Source of the DNA: an uncultured Chloroflexia bacterium
GTDB lineage: Bacteria; Chloroflexota; Limnocylindria; Limnocylindrales; CSP1-4
Length of the DNA stretch: 64,000 bases
Assembly (NCBI GenBank): GCA_963768675.1
Contig: CAVYIV010000015.1
Span: forward strand, 156,345 to 220,344
Direction: 5' to 3'
Shown: one piece after another, positions 1-10,967 of the stretch
How the letters are laid out: each line of letters begins with the position of its first letter
Position numbering within the stretch: position 1 is the stretch's first letter
Made by a program: the position numbers and the translations under genes
The notes under the pieces: model-generated
Databases searched by the model: none
What the model saw: only the letters and a program-made list of their open reading frames with translations
What the model was told of the DNA's origin: nothing

Positions 1-1
1 G

Positions 2-346
2 TGCGGCGCGCTCGTGGCGGCCGCGACCCGGGCGAACCTCGCCGCGCTTGCGGAGCGGTCCCCCGGCTCGCCGGCCCTGCGCCGCTACGCGGAGGCCGGG
101 CTCCTCCTTGCCGGCACCGGGCTGCCCGGACACGCGCAAACCTTCGAGGACACCGCCCCGGAGACGCTGCCCGACGCGCTGGACCGGCTCGCGGCGGCGC
201 TGCGGATCCCCCGGCTGGCCGCCTGCGGGGTCAGCGAGGAGGCGTTCCCGGCCCTCGTCGCCGAGAGCCGCGGCAGCAGCATGCGAACGAACCCGGCGAC
301 CCTGACCGACGCGGAGATCGCGGCGATCCTCGCCGCGTCGCTCTGA
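2..346 (+). CDS. iron-containing alcohol dehydrogenase family protein, C-terminal portion; the 5' end lies outside the window
   Basis: Frame-2 ORF (track 14..346). Its tail ...EAFPALVAESRGSSMRTNPATLTDAEIAAILAASL resembles the C-terminal helical domain of Fe-ADH and maleylacetate-reductase type enzymes. The frame is open to the window edge. Confidence 0.45.
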   Translation, partial: CGALVAAATRANLAALAERSPGSPALRRYAEAGLLLAGTGLPGHAQTFEDTAPETLPDALDRLAAALRIPRLAACGVSEEAFPALVAESRGSSMRTNPATLTDAEIAAILAASL

Positions 347-354
347 GCGGTCGC

Positions 355-1788
355 TCAGCCTGCGCGCGTCGGCTGAGTCATCTCCTCCGGCTTCACCCAG
401 GCGTCGAACTCCTCGGCCGTCAGGAAGCCGGACTCGATGGCGGCCGCCCGGAGCGTCGAGCCTGCGTGGTGGGCGCTCTTCGCGATCTTCGACGCCCTGT
501 CGTAGCCGATGTGCGGGGCGAGCGCGGTGACCAGCATGAGCGAGCTCGCGACGTGCTCGCCAATGCGTCCCTCGTCGGGCTCCAGCCCGTCGACGCAGTG
601 TTCGCGGAACGATCGGCAGCCGTCGGTGAGCAGCTCGATGGCGTGCAGGAGGTCGTGGGCGATGATCGGCTTGAAGACGTTGAGCTCGAAGTTCCCCTGG
701 CTGCCGGCCATCCCGATCGCGACGTCGTAGGCCATCACCTGGACCGCAACCATGGTGAGCATCTCGCTCTGGGTGGGGTTCACCTTTCCGGGCATGATCG
801 ACGAGCCCGGCTCGTTCTCCGGCAGGCGCAGCTCCCCCAGGCCAGCGCGCGGGCCGGACCCCAGCCAGCGCACGTCGTTCGCGATCTTCATGAGGCTCGT
901 CGCTAGCGTTCGAAGGGCGCCCGAGGCGAACACGGTCGCCTCCTGGCCGGCGAGCGCGGCGAACTTGTTCGGCGCGGAGACGAGCGGGAGGCCGGTGAGC
1001 TCGGCGATCCGGGCGGCCGACCGGTCGGCGAACTCCGGGTGGGCGTTCAGCCCGGTTCCCACCGCGGTTCCGCCGAGGGCAATCTCGTGCAGCCCGGGCA
1101 GGGCCGCCCGGAGCCGGGCGAGGTCGCCATCGAGCATCGCAACGTAGCCGGAGAACTCCTGGCCGAGCGTGATCGGGACCGCGTCCTGGAGATGCGTCCG
1201 CCCGATCTTCACGATCCCCATCCACGCCTGCGCCTTTGCGTCGAGGGCATCCCGGAGCGCGGCCACCGAGGGGAGGAGGCGCCGCTCGATCTCCGTCGCG
1301 ACGGCCATGTGAAGCGCGGTCGGGAACGTGTCGTTCGAGGACTGGCTCATGTTCACGTCGTCGTTCGGATGGACCGGCGTCTTGCCGCCGCGCACCCCCG
1401 TGGCGAGCTCGTTGGCCCGCCCGGCGATCACCTCGTTGACGTTCATGTTCGACTGGGTGCCCGAGCCCGTCTGCCAGACGCGGAGCGGGAACTCCGCCGC
1501 GAGCGACCCGGAGACGACCTCGTCCGCCGCGCGGACGATCAGGTCGCGCTTGTCGGCGGGGAGCAGGCCCAGGTCCGCGTTCACCTCGGCGGCGGCGCGC
1601 TTGAGGATCCCGAACGCGTGCACGATCGGGACCGGCATCGTGTCCCGACCGATCGCGAAGTGGTGGAGCGAGCGCTGGGTCTGGGCGCCCCAGTAGTGGT
1701 CGGCCGGGACCTCGATCGGGCCCATCGAATCCGACTCGGTGCGGGTGCCGCCGGCGGGGGTATGGCGGTCGGTCGCGGTCATGGGCAC
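355..1788 (-). CDS. fumC: class II fumarate hydratase
   Basis: 477-aa ORF carrying the [13 protein letters not shown] signature and the [14 protein letters not shown] and [20 protein letters not shown] motifs. These are fumarase C motifs, not aspartase motifs. Confidence 0.9.
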   Translation of the reverse strand: MPMTATDRHTPAGGTRTESDSMGPIEVPADHYWGAQTQRSLHHFAIGRDTMPVPIVHAFGILKRAAAEVNADLGLLPADKRDLIVRAADEVVSGSLAAEFPLRVWQTGSGTQSNMNVNEVIAGRANELATGVRGGKTPVHPNDDVNMSQSSNDTFPTALHMAVATEIERRLLPSVAALRDALDAKAQAWMGIVKIGRTHLQDAVPITLGQEFSGYVAMLDGDLARLRAALPGLHEIALGGTAVGTGLNAHPEFADRSAARIAELTGLPLVSAPNKFAALAGQEATVFASGALRTLATSLMKIANDVRWLGSGPRAGLGELRLPENEPGSSIMPGKVNPTQSEMLTMVAVQVMAYDVAIGMAGSQGNFELNVFKPIIAHDLLHAIELLTDGCRSFREHCVDGLEPDEGRIGEHVASSLMLVTALAPHIGYDRASKIAKSAHHAGSTLRAAAIESGFLTAEEFDAWVKPEEMTQPTRAG

Positions 1789-1810
1789 CTCGCCGCCGGT
1801 CGTCGTCAGG

Positions 1811-2683
1811 TCAGCTGCGGGCGCGGACCGGCAGCGCTTCGCCCGGCTTCGAGCGCTTCGGCTCCCGCAGGACGGCCGGCGCCCCCTCGTCGCCCGGAAG
1901 GGCCGGCAGGAACGGCGCGAGGCCCACGAGCATCGCCGTCGTCTTGAGGTCGAGCCAGGCGAGCGCCAGCGTCCCGGCCACGATCACCGTCCACGGGCGG
2001 TTCGTGCGGGCACCCCAGATCACGAGGAGCGCGGCCCCCAGCACGCGAGCGGCGGTCATCAGCGGGGCGGGCCGGCCTTGGACCTCCAGGATCGAGCGCG
2101 GCCACTCGAGCCAGAGCCCCGGGGCGATCGCGAACGAGATGCCGACGACGACGGCCGTGGCGCCCAGCGCGATGGCCAGGTTCCGCCACTCCCGGCGCGC
2201 GACGAACCAGAGCAGCCCGATGCCGGGCGTCACCTTCGTGAGGAGCACGAAGGACCAGGCTGCCGGCTTCCGGAACCCGAGCACGATTGCCGCAGCCATG
2301 AGGATCTCGATGTTGCCGAGGTAGGCGTCCCAGACGATCGGGAAGAAGACCAGGATCGCGAGCGACCACCGGCGGCCCAGCCACGCCACCACCAGCGCGA
2401 GGAAGGCGAACCAGCCGATGGCGAACACCGGCCAGGGCAGCAGATGGAAGAGCGAGAAGAGCTGGGCGATCGCGGGGCTGTACCGGAACGCGCCGTACTG
2501 GTCCGGGCTGAAGTCGAAGTGGTAGGGCGCAGCCGGGTTGACGACCCAGTAGGCGTAGGCGTCATAGGCAACCCACGAGCCGCCATAGGCCGCGAACCAG
2601 GCGAGAATGGCGATGCCGCCCAGCGAGAGCCGGTCGCGAAGCACGACCGGGTCCAGCTGGCCGAGCAGCCCCACGGCCCGCAT
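1811..2683 (-). CDS. polytopic membrane protein, DUF2029 / glycosyltransferase family 87-like
   Basis: The C-terminal ~290 aa of the 372-aa ORF are multi-TM and aromatic-rich ([13 protein letters not shown]...[20 protein letters not shown]). The Arg-rich N-terminal 80 aa look non-coding, so the start was placed at the internal Met (MRAVGLLGQ). Confidence 0.45.
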   Translation of the reverse strand: MRAVGLLGQLDPVVLRDRLSLGGIAILAWFAAYGGSWVAYDAYAYWVVNPAAPYHFDFSPDQYGAFRYSPAIAQLFSLFHLLPWPVFAIGWFAFLALVVAWLGRRWSLAILVFFPIVWDAYLGNIEILMAAAIVLGFRKPAAWSFVLLTKVTPGIGLLWFVARREWRNLAIALGATAVVVGISFAIAPGLWLEWPRSILEVQGRPAPLMTAARVLGAALLVIWGARTNRPWTVIVAGTLALAWLDLKTTAMLVGLAPFLPALPGDEGAPAVLREPKRSKPGEALPVRARS

Positions 2684-2972
2684 GCGGAGGTCGCGAACGC
2701 CGACCCCCACGCGTGCGGCGTTGCGAAGGCCAGACACGTGTACCACCGAATGGCGGCCGAATCGAGCCGCCTCTACGGCGCGATCGGTGCGGGATGAGTC
2801 TACCGCGACCTCGGGCTTCGCTGCCGATCGGGGTGCCCGGGATGGGCATCGAACACGACTGCCGTACACTGCCCGTGCCTGGCGATCGCCCGATCGCGGC
2901 ACGAGCGAGGGACGAATGACGAAGGACACCCAGGGCCGGCCGATGCCGGCGCAGACGCAGGGGATGCGCTAG

Positions 2973-3290
2973 GTGCCGCCGCGCAAGCGCAAGATCACCT
3001 ACCCGCCCGCCCGGACGGCGAACCGGCCGGCACCGCCGCCGGGACTTGCCGGCGAGCCGTACGTCCGCCCGACCGTTGTCGCGATCGACCTCTCCGCCCG
3101 GGCGGGCCGGCCCGGTCTCGCGATCGGTGATCGCGTCCAGATCGGGGGCAGGGGGCTCTACGCCGGCGAGGCCGCCGTGATCGAGCGCTTCAGCAACGGG
3201 GCGATCCCGGCAGCCGTCGTCCGCACCGAGGCGGGACGCACGCGCCAGGTCCGCACCATCGACCTGGAGCCGATCCAGCCCGAGCGCTGA
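2973..3290 (+). CDS. hypothetical protein
   Basis: 105-aa ORF in the fumC-pgm intergenic region. No recognisable domain; codon usage acceptable. Confidence 0.25.
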   Translation: MPPRKRKITYPPARTANRPAPPPGLAGEPYVRPTVVAIDLSARAGRPGLAIGDRVQIGGRGLYAGEAAVIERFSNGAIPAAVVRTEAGRTRQVRTIDLEPIQPER

Positions 3291-3371
3291 TCCGCACCGC
3301 ACACGGATCCCCCGCGGAGGGGGCCAGGGCCGGCCCCGCGGGTGCCAGCACGCCGGCCCCCGGAGGAATGC

Positions 3372-5021
3372 ACGATGGCGGTGAGCGAGCATGCGGGGCG
3401 ACCGGCACCGCAGTCGCTGCTGGTGGACGTCGACAGCCTGGTCGCCGCCTACTACGATCGCCGGCCCGACGTCGCCGTGCCATCGCAACGGGTCGCCTTC
3501 GGGACGTCCGGCCACCGCGGGTCGTCGCTCGACACGTCCTTCAACGAGGCGCACATCGTCGCCACGAGCGCGGCGATCTGCCGCTACCGTCGCCGCGCCG
3601 GGATCGACGGGCCGCTCTTCATCGGCCGCGACACGCACGCGCTCTCCGAGCCGGCAACCCGGACCGCGATCGAGGTCCTCGTCGCCGACGGCGTCGATGT
3701 CCGTGTCGACAGGGGGGCAGGCTACACGCCCACCCCGGCCGTCTCCCACGCGATCCTCGTCCACAACCGCGGCCGGCGCCAGGGCCTGGCCGACGGCATC
3801 GTCGTCACGCCGTCGCACAACCCCCCGGCGGACGGCGGCTTCAAGTACAACCCGCCGACCGGCGGGCCGGCCGACGCCTCGATCACGGGCGCGATCGAGC
3901 GCGAGGCGAACGCGATCCTGGCCGGCGGCCCCGGCGACGGCCTCGACGGCGTGCGCAGGGTCCCCTTCGAGCGTGCGCGCGAGGCCACTCACGGCCACGA
4001 CTTCATGGGAGCCTACGTCGCCGACCTCGGCTCGGTCGTCGACATGGAGGCGATCCGCGCCTCGGACCTGCACCTCGGGGTGGACCCGCTCGGCGGCGCG
4101 AGCGTGGCCTACTGGGGCGCCATCGGCGAGCGCTACGGCCTGGACCTGACCGTCACGAACGACCGCGTCGATCCCCGGTTCGCGTTCATGACGGTGGACT
4201 GGGACGGCAGGATCCGGATGGACCCGTCGTCGCCCTACGCGATGGCGGGCCTCGTGGGCCTCAAGGATCGCTTCGACCTCGCGTTCGCCAACGACACCGA
4301 TGCCGACCGCCACGGGATCGTGACGCGCAGCGCCGGCCTCCTCAACCCGAACCACTTCCTGTCCGCCGCGGTCGCGTACCTGTTCGGCGGCGGTCGGGAC
4401 TGGCCGGACGAGGTCGCTGTGGGCAAGACGCTCGTCTCGACGAGCATGCTCGACCGGGTGGTCGCGTCGCTCGGGCGGCGCCTGCTGGAGGTCCCGGTCG
4501 GCTTCAAGTGGTTCGTCGAGGGCCTGCTCGACGGGAGCGTCGGCTTCGGAGGGGAGGAGAGCGCTGGGGCCTCCTTCCTCCGCCGCGATCGGTCCGTCTG
4601 GACCACCGACAAGGACGGCCTGATCGCGTGCCTGCTGGCCGCCGAGATGACCGCCCGCAGCGGCCGGGACCCGGGCACGACCTACCGCGAGCTGACCGAA
4701 CGGTTCGGCTCACCGGCCTACCGGCGGATCGACGCCCCGGCCAGCCCGGAGCAGAAGGCCGTGCTGACGCGCCTCTCGCCCGGGCAGGTGGCCGCGACGG
4801 AGCTCGCCGGCGAGCCGATCACGACCAAGCTGACGACCGCCCCCGGCAACGGCGCGCCGATCGGCGGCCTGAAGGTGGTGACGGAGCACGCCTGGTTCGC
4901 GGCGCGCCCGTCCGGAACGGAAAACGTCTACAAGGTTTACGCCGAGAGCTTCCTCGGCGAGGAGCACCTCGCCCGCGTGATCCAGGAAGCGCAGGCGGTG
5001 GTCAGCGCGGCGCTCGCGTAG
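3372..5021 (+). CDS. pgm: phosphoglucomutase, alpha-D-glucose phosphate-specific
   Basis: Carries the GTSGHRG active-site loop and shows whole-length similarity to the Pgm family (~550 aa). The start was moved to the internal Met ([10 protein letters not shown]). Confidence 0.9.
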   Translation, partial: TMAVSEHAGRPAPQSLLVDVDSLVAAYYDRRPDVAVPSQRVAFGTSGHRGSSLDTSFNEAHIVATSAAICRYRRRAGIDGPLFIGRDTHALSEPATRTAIEVLVADGVDVRVDRGAGYTPTPAVSHAILVHNRGRRQGLADGIVVTPSHNPPADGGFKYNPPTGGPADASITGAIEREANAILAGGPGDGLDGVRRVPFERAREATHGHDFMGAYVADLGSVVDMEAIRASDLHLGVDPLGGASVAYWGAIGERYGLDLTVTNDRVDPRFAFMTVDWDGRIRMDPSSPYAMAGLVGLKDRFDLAFANDTDADRHGIVTRSAGLLNPNHFLSAAVAYLFGGGRDWPDEVAVGKTLVSTSMLDRVVASLGRRLLEVPVGFKWFVEGLLDGSVGFGGEESAGASFLRRDRSVWTTDKDGLIACLLAAEMTARSGRDPGTTYRELTERFGSPAYRRIDAPASPEQKAVLTRLSPGQVAATELAGEPITTKLTTAPGNGAPIGGLKVVTEHAWFAARPSGTENVYKVYAESFLGEEHLARVIQEAQAVVSAALA

Positions 5022-5046
5022 GCGTCCGCCGCGCGGCCGGGATCTC

Positions 5047-5481
5047 CTACTGCACCTGGACGCGCAGCATCCAGGCGTGCTTTTCGAAGATCTCTTCGAT
5101 CCCGATCAGGATCCCCTGGCTGACCGGATCGACACCGAGACGCTCGATCCGCTCCCGAAGGTGCGCGTTGAGGACGTCGATGCGGGACCCGATAAGGCTC
5201 ACTGCGTCTCGATCCGCGACGGTCCCGGCCGGGAAGGGCTCGAGCGGGGTGGCGGCGGCCACCGTGGCGGCGCGCCCGTCGGGGACTTCACGCAGAGCGG
5301 AGAGGCGCTCGGCCACGGTGTCGACCGAAGCGTGGGCCGACTCGACGATCTCATCGAGCTCGAGATGGACGGGCCGGAACAGCGGGCCGACGACGTTCCA
5401 GTGGGCCTGCTTACCCTGCAGAGCCAGGTCGAGCAGCTCGACGAGGCTGGCCTGAAGATCGGCTGTTGCGGGTGCGGACAT
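5047..5481 (-). CDS. dps: Dps family DNA-protection/ferritin-like protein
   Basis: Ferroxidase-site motifs HWNVVGPLF and HLELDEIVE are present, and the length (~145 aa) fits. Convergent with pgm. Confidence 0.85.
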   Translation of the reverse strand: MSAPATADLQASLVELLDLALQGKQAHWNVVGPLFRPVHLELDEIVESAHASVDTVAERLSALREVPDGRAATVAAATPLEPFPAGTVADRDAVSLIGSRIDVLNAHLRERIERLGVDPVSQGILIGIEEIFEKHAWMLRVQVQ

Positions 5482-5725
5482 GAGTTGAACCTCCACGATG
5501 GGCGAAGCGCGCCCGGTCGCACTCGTCGCTTCGTGTCATCGTCGAGCACCGTGAGCCCGACGGACAGGGCCCAAAGTCCCGATCAAACCCGGGCCGCGGC
5601 ATCATGACCGTGGCCGCCGCGGCCGGAGCGAAGCCGAGCGGGGTCGGGCGCCCGGCTGGCGGGCGGGGCACTTTCGGGTGATGGCCAGCGAGGAGCCGGA
5701 AGCATACGGTGACCGTCCTCACGCT

Positions 5726-6490
5726 ATGAACCGCACTGCCTCGCGCCTCCTCCTGCTGTGCCTGGGGATCCTTCTGGCCCTCGGGGCCTTCGGGCTGGCG
5801 CGCGCTGCCGGCGCGTCGTGCAGCCCGCTCGCATCCTCCCCGTGCGTTCGCGTGCTGTTCCTCGGCAACAGCTACACGTACGTCAACGACCTGCCAACTG
5901 TCTTCCGGGATCTCGCCCGGGCCGGCGGGCAAAACGTCGAGACGGGCATGGTCGCGAACGGCGGCGAGACGCTCGCGCAGCACGCGGTCTCGCCCGTGTC
6001 GCTCGACGCGATCCGGGGTTCGAGTTGGCGGTACGTCGTGCTCCAGGAGCAGAGCGAGATCCCGGCGCTCGCCTCGGTCTGGCGGAGCCAGATGTTCCCC
6101 GCCGCGGAGACGCTCGTTGCGGCCATCCGAGCAGCCTCGGCAACGCCGATCCTGCTCGAGACGTGGGCCCATCGCGACGGATGGCCGGAGCAGGGCCTCG
6201 ACCGCGCTGCGATGCAGGCCGCGATCAGCGAGGGTTACCGATCGCTCGGCGCCGACCTCGGGGTCGCCGTCGCACCGGCAGGCGACGCATGGCAGACGGT
6301 GCTGCGCGACGACCCGGCGATCGAACTCTGGCAGCCGGACGGAAGCCACCCCAGCCCAGCCGGGACATATCTCGCGGCGTGCGCGCTCTACAGGAGCATC
6401 TTCAGGGCCGACCCCGTCGGGATTCCCGACACCGCTGGCCTGGCGCCGGACGTGGCCCGGGCGCTCCAAGTCGCGGCCGGGCAGCCATAA
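5726..6490 (+). CDS. secreted SGNH/GDSL-like hydrolase, DUF4886-like
   Basis: Signal peptide plus an Ala-rich lipobox-like region. FLGNSYTYVNDLP is a GDSL-type block I, and the C-terminal DGSHPSPAGTYLAA is a block V-like motif. Confidence 0.55.
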   Translation: MNRTASRLLLLCLGILLALGAFGLARAAGASCSPLASSPCVRVLFLGNSYTYVNDLPTVFRDLARAGGQNVETGMVANGGETLAQHAVSPVSLDAIRGSSWRYVVLQEQSEIPALASVWRSQMFPAAETLVAAIRAASATPILLETWAHRDGWPEQGLDRAAMQAAISEGYRSLGADLGVAVAPAGDAWQTVLRDDPAIELWQPDGSHPSPAGTYLAACALYRSIFRADPVGIPDTAGLAPDVARALQVAAGQP

Positions 6491-6554
6491 CGGCACCCGC
6501 CGAGTAGCCGCGGCGCCCAACGTTCTCCCGCAGCGGCGGGAGACGCGGACCCGC

Positions 6555-6791
6555 TCAGCGCCGAACGGCAGCGACGTGCCCGCGGACGGATGATGTGGCC
6601 ACGGCGTCAACTCGCTCGGGCGGGGACGGCGGCGAGAGCGCGTCCACCACGTAGTGGACCGGATCGCCCTCCTGGACCCCGGCCGGCCACGGCGCCGGGC
6701 GGCTGTCCGGGTCGGGCCGGCTCCCGACGTGCCAGATCAGCACGCCCCACATCGCCGCGTAGAGCGCCAGGAGCGGGATCCAGGCGGGCAC
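6555..6791 (-). CDS. hypothetical small membrane protein
   Basis: 78-aa ORF with a GTG start and an N-terminal TM helix. No homolog recognised. It sits in a region otherwise devoid of convincing genes. Confidence 0.2.
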   Translation of the reverse strand: MPAWIPLLALYAAMWGVLIWHVGSRPDPDSRPAPWPAGVQEGDPVHYVVDALSPPSPPERVDAVATSSVRGHVAAVRR

Positions 6792-7396
6792 AGGCGGAAC
6801 CTCGAATCGACGTCGATGCTGGCTACGACGCCGAGGTCAACACCAGCAGGGCGATGTAGACCCACGACGACCGCGACCGCCAGGTAGACCCAGAGCGGGA
6901 GGCGACGTCGAGCCGACCGCAGGCGAGGGGCCGCGGTCCCACCACCGCTGTTCAGATCAGGCGCGCCAGCCGCCCCGGGACTGGCCTGGCTGCGGAACGT
7001 GTTGGGAGTTCGCTGGTCACGAAGAGTGTTGGGGCGGACCTCGGGGGAGCCGCCCGGCCGGTACGTCATGCGCCGCCTCTCCCCTGCCGGCCGGAAACGG
7101 CCTGGCTACCACTTAGCGTGCCACTGGAACGCAATGCGTGCAGGCCTCGACGCGCACGCTCGTCGATGGGTCGCGGCTGCACGCCGGATGGACGACGGCC
7201 TAACGGACCATGGCATGTAGATGGTGATGGCACCCGATCTGCGGCCGAACGGCCCTTGAACGCGGGGGGCGACGGGACGATGGTTCAGAAGTCGGGGTGT
7301 CGATGCCAGGACCTGTTGATGCGCGGGTCGATCGGGTCGCCGAACCGCGCAGGGTCGCTGGCGAAGCTGGGCTCGTCGACCCGGTGGAGGCGCACC

Positions 7397-7585
7397 ATGG
7401 CGCTCCAGCACTCGACCCGCGAGCAGAGGGCCGCACTCAACCCGGATTTCCTGCGGGCACTCCTCATCGTGGCCGCGGTCATCGTGGTGATGATCGTCCT
7501 GACCGCGATCGTCGGGGTCGGACAGACTGGCCCCTCCTACCAGATCGTGCCTGACCCAGCCAGCGGTCTCGGCCTTCCCTTCTGA
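7397..7585 (+). CDS. hypothetical small membrane protein
   Basis: 62 aa, MALQHSTREQRAALNPDFLRALLIVAAVIVVMIVLTAIVGV..., with a GGTGGAGG RBS 7 nt upstream of the ATG. Confidence 0.3.
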   Translation: MALQHSTREQRAALNPDFLRALLIVAAVIVVMIVLTAIVGVGQTGPSYQIVPDPASGLGLPF

Positions 7586-7672
7586 GCAGCCGCCTATCCG
7601 GGCGGCTCGACAAGCGCGACGTCCTTCGCCCGGTTCGTTGACATACGCCATGTTTGGCGTCAGGTTGCGGCC

Positions 7673-7897
7673 GTGGACAAGACGACGCTGTACCTGACGC
7701 CGGAGCTTCGACGCCGCCTGCGTGGCGTTGCCCGGCGCAGTAGCCGGCGGCATGCCGACGTGACCCGCTCGGCCCTCGACGCCTACCTCGACCAAGCCGG
7801 CGCGAACCGCCCGCGTTTCATCGGGGCTGGCGAGGATGACACGCTGGACGCCCGAGACACGGAGGCGTGGCTCCGCGAACGGTGGGGTCCTGCTTGA
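7673..7897 (+). CDS. vapB: ribbon-helix-helix (CopG/VapB-type) antitoxin
   Basis: 74 aa. LYLTPELRRRLRGVARRSSRRHADVTRSALDAYLD is a RHH fold signature. Its stop overlaps the start of the downstream PIN gene. Confidence 0.6.
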   Translation: MDKTTLYLTPELRRRLRGVARRSSRRHADVTRSALDAYLDQAGANRPRFIGAGEDDTLDARDTEAWLRERWGPA

Positions 7898-8303
7898 TCT
7901 CGCTCGACACATCCTGGCTCGATGCGCTGCTCAACCGGCGCGATCGGGCCCACCAGGCGGCCGGGCAGGAGCTGGAGAGTGATCCGGGCCGTATCTCGTG
8001 CCGGCGGCGACGCTCGGGGAGCTCACCTTCCTCGTCGAACAGCGGCTGGGACTGCGGGTGCTCGACCTCGTTCTCGGTGACCTCGAGTCCGGTGCTTACA
8101 CGCTCGACTGTGGCGAGGCCGATCTGGCACGCACGCGGCAGCTCGTCGGGCGCTACGCGGACCTGTCTCTCGGATTTGTCGACGCCGCCGTCGTCGCCTG
8201 CGCCGAGGGCAGCGGCGGGCGGGTACTGACATTCGACCTCGGTGACCTCGGGGTCGTGGCGGCCGAGGGGACGATCAGAGTCCTGTCGGCACCGGCCTCG
8301 TAG
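7882..8303 (+). pseudogene. vapC: PIN-domain toxin VapC, disrupted by a 1-nt frameshift near codon 37
   Basis: The N-terminal piece MGSCLISLDTSWLDALLNRRDRAHQAAGQ sits in the frame of ORF 7867..8229 (GTG at 7882). The C-terminal piece ...LTFDLGDLGVVAAEGTIRVLSAP sits in the frame of ORF 7998..8303. The frames switch at about 7990. Confidence 0.6.
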
Positions 8304-8327
8304 GCCGGCCCGCCGCCGCATGTTGAC

Positions 8328-9371
8328 CTAGACGCGCTGGTCGGTGCTTGGCTTCTCCCACAGGTTGACGCCGCTGTCGACGGCGTAGAGGTCGATCTCG
8401 GCCAGCTCGTGGGGCGAGAAGGACAGGTTCGCAAGCGCCGCGACGTTCTCGCGCACCTGCGCGGGTGAGCTTGCCCCGATGAGCGTCGAGGTCACGCGCG
8501 GGTCGCGGAGCACCCAGGCGTAGGCCATCTGGGCCAGGGTCTGCCCGCGTCGAAGGGCGATCGCGTTGAGCCCCCGCACGCGCGCCAGGTTCTGCTCGCT
8601 CAGCATTTCCCGTTCGAACGAGTCGCCGCCGGGGCGATTGATACGCGAATCGGCGGGGATGCCGTCGAGGTACTTGCTCGTCAGGAGCCCCTGCGCGACC
8701 GCCGTGAACGCGATCATGCCGGCGCCGACCTCCTCGAGCGCGTCGAGCAGCTCCGGTTCGACCCACCGGTTCAAAAGGTTATAGGACGGCTGGTGGATCA
8801 GCAGGGGCACGCCCTCCGAGCGAAGGATCGCGGCTGCCTCGCGCGTCTTGGTCGCGGAGTACGACGAGATCCCCACGTAGAGCGCCTTGCCCTGGCGGAC
8901 CGCCGTGGCAAGCGCTCCCATCGTCTCCTCGAGCGGCGTGTCGACGTCAAAGCGGTGCGAGTAGAAGATGTCAAAGTAGTCGACGCCGACGCGACGAAGG
9001 CTCTGGTCGAGGCTCGCGAGGACGTACTTGCGCGAGCCGCCGCCCTGGCCGTATGGCCCCGGCCACATGTCCCAACCGGCCTTGCTGGAGATGATCAGCT
9101 CGTCGCGGTGAGCGGCGAGATCCTCGCGCAGGATGCGCCCGAAGTTGATCTCGGCGCTGCCGTACGGTGGTCCGTAGTTGTTCGCAAGGTCGAAGTGCGT
9201 GATCCCGAGGTCGAAGGCGGTTCGCACGATCTCCCGCTGCGTCGCCATCGGCGTGTAGTCGCCGAAGTTGTGCCACAGGCCCAGGGAGAGCAGCGGAAGC
9301 CGCAGGCCGGTCCTCCCGCAGGCCCGGTACGTCATCACGTCGTAGCGCTCGGGTGCTGATAGATAGGTCAT
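8328..9371 (-). CDS. aldo/keto reductase, YghZ / L-glyceraldehyde-3-phosphate reductase-like (Kv-beta family)
   Basis: 347 aa from ATG 9371, with a GGAGGA RBS. Motifs: MTYRACGRTGLRLPLLSLGLWHNFG, DLANNYGP and SHRFDVDTPLEETMGAL. The upstream part of the 656-aa ORF belongs to a separate gene remnant. Confidence 0.85.
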   Translation of the reverse strand: MTYLSAPERYDVMTYRACGRTGLRLPLLSLGLWHNFGDYTPMATQREIVRTAFDLGITHFDLANNYGPPYGSAEINFGRILREDLAAHRDELIISSKAGWDMWPGPYGQGGGSRKYVLASLDQSLRRVGVDYFDIFYSHRFDVDTPLEETMGALATAVRQGKALYVGISSYSATKTREAAAILRSEGVPLLIHQPSYNLLNRWVEPELLDALEEVGAGMIAFTAVAQGLLTSKYLDGIPADSRINRPGGDSFEREMLSEQNLARVRGLNAIALRRGQTLAQMAYAWVLRDPRVTSTLIGASSPAQVRENVAALANLSFSPHELAEIDLYAVDSGVNLWEKPSTDQRV

Positions 9372-9405
9372 CCTTGTGCATCCTCCAGGCTGACGGGGTC
9401 GAGCC

Positions 9406-10112
9406 TCAGCCCGCTGCGGTCCACTCCAGCCCCAGGCGGGCGATCGTGTCCGGCGTGGGGTTGCCCGTTCGGCCGTCCCAGCCGGCCATCCGGTAGTAGT
9501 CGTCGAGGGCGCCCTCGATCTCCGCGTGGTCGAGCGCGACACCGGCCGTGGGGCCCGTCCCCGCGAGCGGCCGGAACATCTTGGCGGGCAGGCAGTCCTC
9601 GCTGCGTCCAGGCCCTCCCGGGCGTTGACGGTGCGCAGCATGTTGAGGCGCCGCTCGACGATCTCCATGAGCTCGTCGAGGTCGAAGTCGTCCCAGCCCG
9701 TCACGGCCCGCACAAGATCGACCGTCTCCTGCGGCCCGAACAGCGTCCAGGCCGGGCCCCACACGAACTGGCACAGCGAGGCCGTGTCGAGGAACAAGTA
9801 GAACTGCTGGGTCCGGAGCGCGAAGCGGACCTTGTCCGGGCCGAGCGACAGGAACCCCTGCGCGGCGTCGAACCCGAGGAGCTTGAGCCGCTCGAGGGAG
9901 AGATCTGCGGCGCCCTCCTCGATCATCGGGTCGTGCTCGGACGACTGGTGGTCCGCCCCGAACGGGTTCACCGCGTAGACGACCGCGAGCGATCGCTTCG
10001 CCTGGGGCATGTGGCCGGGCGCCTCGGCTCCCTTGACCGTGACGAGCAGGTCGTGGCACTTCCCGATCAGGTCGGCGGCGCGCCGCGATCCGTGCGCCAG
10101 GATGTCGCCGAA
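9406..10112 (-). pseudogene. aldehyde:ferredoxin oxidoreductase (AOR, tungsten-type) C-terminal fragment, truncated and frameshifted
   Basis: GDILAHGSRRAADLIGK...VKGAEAPGHMP...TGWDDFDLDELMEIVERRLNMLRTVNAREGL lies in the ORF 8328..10298 frame. The tail ...DCLPAKMFRPLAGTGPTAGVALDHAEIEGALDDYYRMAGWDGRTGNPTPDTIARLGLEW lies in the ORF 9406..10296 frame. Only about 235 of ~600 aa are present, and the N-terminal W-binding domain is absent. Confidence 0.55.
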
Positions 10113-10367
10113 GCCCTCGCGCCTGGCCGACGTGGAGGATCCGGCCGGTGAACTCGCCTGGCACTCGCCTGCCTCCCATCGGTTGACCTGGGCACGCGCC
10201 CCGGAACCGGCGCCCGGGAGCCCCGGCTGCCGGGAGCCCGAACCCGCGTCCGCGACGCCTCTCTCGCGCATCTTCTTCCACGGCGAGGGCCGACACAACG
10301 GGAACCGGGAGAGCAGGTGGCGGAAGAGCGGGCCGGCCGCGGCGGAAGAGCGGGCGGCGGCGGCGCG

Positions 10368-10967
10368 CTACGCCCGGCGGACGAGCGCCTCGCGCTGGAT
10401 GGCGAGGAGCGACAGGGCATCAGTGATCCGCCCGTCCATGGTCATCGCCAGGGCGTCGTCGAAGGACACCCATTGCGTCGCCAGCTCCTCTGTCCCCTCG
10501 GGCGAAGGCGCGCCGGCGGCGAGGTCGGTCGCCACGAAGAAGACCGCGAGCTCATCCGTCACGGAGTTCGAGAGCGCGGCCCGGCCGAGCTCCCGCCACG
10601 TCGCCGCCTGGTACCCGGTCTCCTCGGCGAGCTCGCGCCTGGCCGCATCGAGAGCCGACTCGCCCGGGCCACCGCCGCCCTCCGGGATCTCCCACGAGTA
10701 CGCGTCGAGCGGGTAGCGATGCTGCCCGACGAGGACGACCCGATCGCCCTCGTCGATGGCGAGGATCCCGATCGCGCGATGGGCGAAGTGCACCACGCCG
10801 TAGATGCCGGGCGCGCCGTCGGGCCGGATGACGTCGTCGTGCCAGACGGTCAGCCACGGGTTCTCGTACACGACCCGGCGGGCCGTGCGCCGCCAGGGGC
10901 TCTCCGCCCGCGCCGGCCGGGCGACGGCAGGAGCTTCCGCCGGAGCTGATCCTCTGCGCCTGGCCAT
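10368..10967 (-). CDS. NUDIX hydrolase (ADP-ribose pyrophosphatase-like)
   Basis: Carries the Nudix box GGGGPGESALDAARRELAEETG. Confidence 0.8.
   Translation of the reverse strand: MARRRGSAPAEAPAVARPARAESPWRRTARRVVYENPWLTVWHDDVIRPDGAPGIYGVVHFAHRAIGILAIDEGDRVVLVGQHRYPLDAYSWEIPEGGGGPGESALDAARRELAEETGYQAATWRELGRAALSNSVTDELAVFFVATDLAAGAPSPEGTEELATQWVSFDDALAMTMDGRITDALSLLAIQREALVRRA

Noticed and set aside
1-906. 301-aa plus-strand ORF spanning the window start and overlapping fumC
   Set aside because: Arg/Gly/Pro-rich composition typical of spurious open frames in 70% GC DNA. It is antisense to a well-supported fumC. Only the frame-2 Fe-ADH tail (14..346) looks real.
2562-4355. 597-aa minus-strand ORF antisense to pgm
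   Set aside because: It has no domain and extreme Arg/Gly/Pro/Ala content, and it lies opposite the strongly supported pgm.
5022-5046. GC-palindromic stretch CCGCCGCGCGGCCGG between convergent pgm and dps
   Set aside because: The stem is imperfect and short. It may still act as a terminator, but it is too ambiguous in this GC context.
8328-10298. 656-aa ORF treated as one protein
   Set aside because: It is a composite. The 3' 347 codons are an aldo-keto reductase with its own RBS and ATG. The 5' part is an unrelated AOR remnant read through in-frame.
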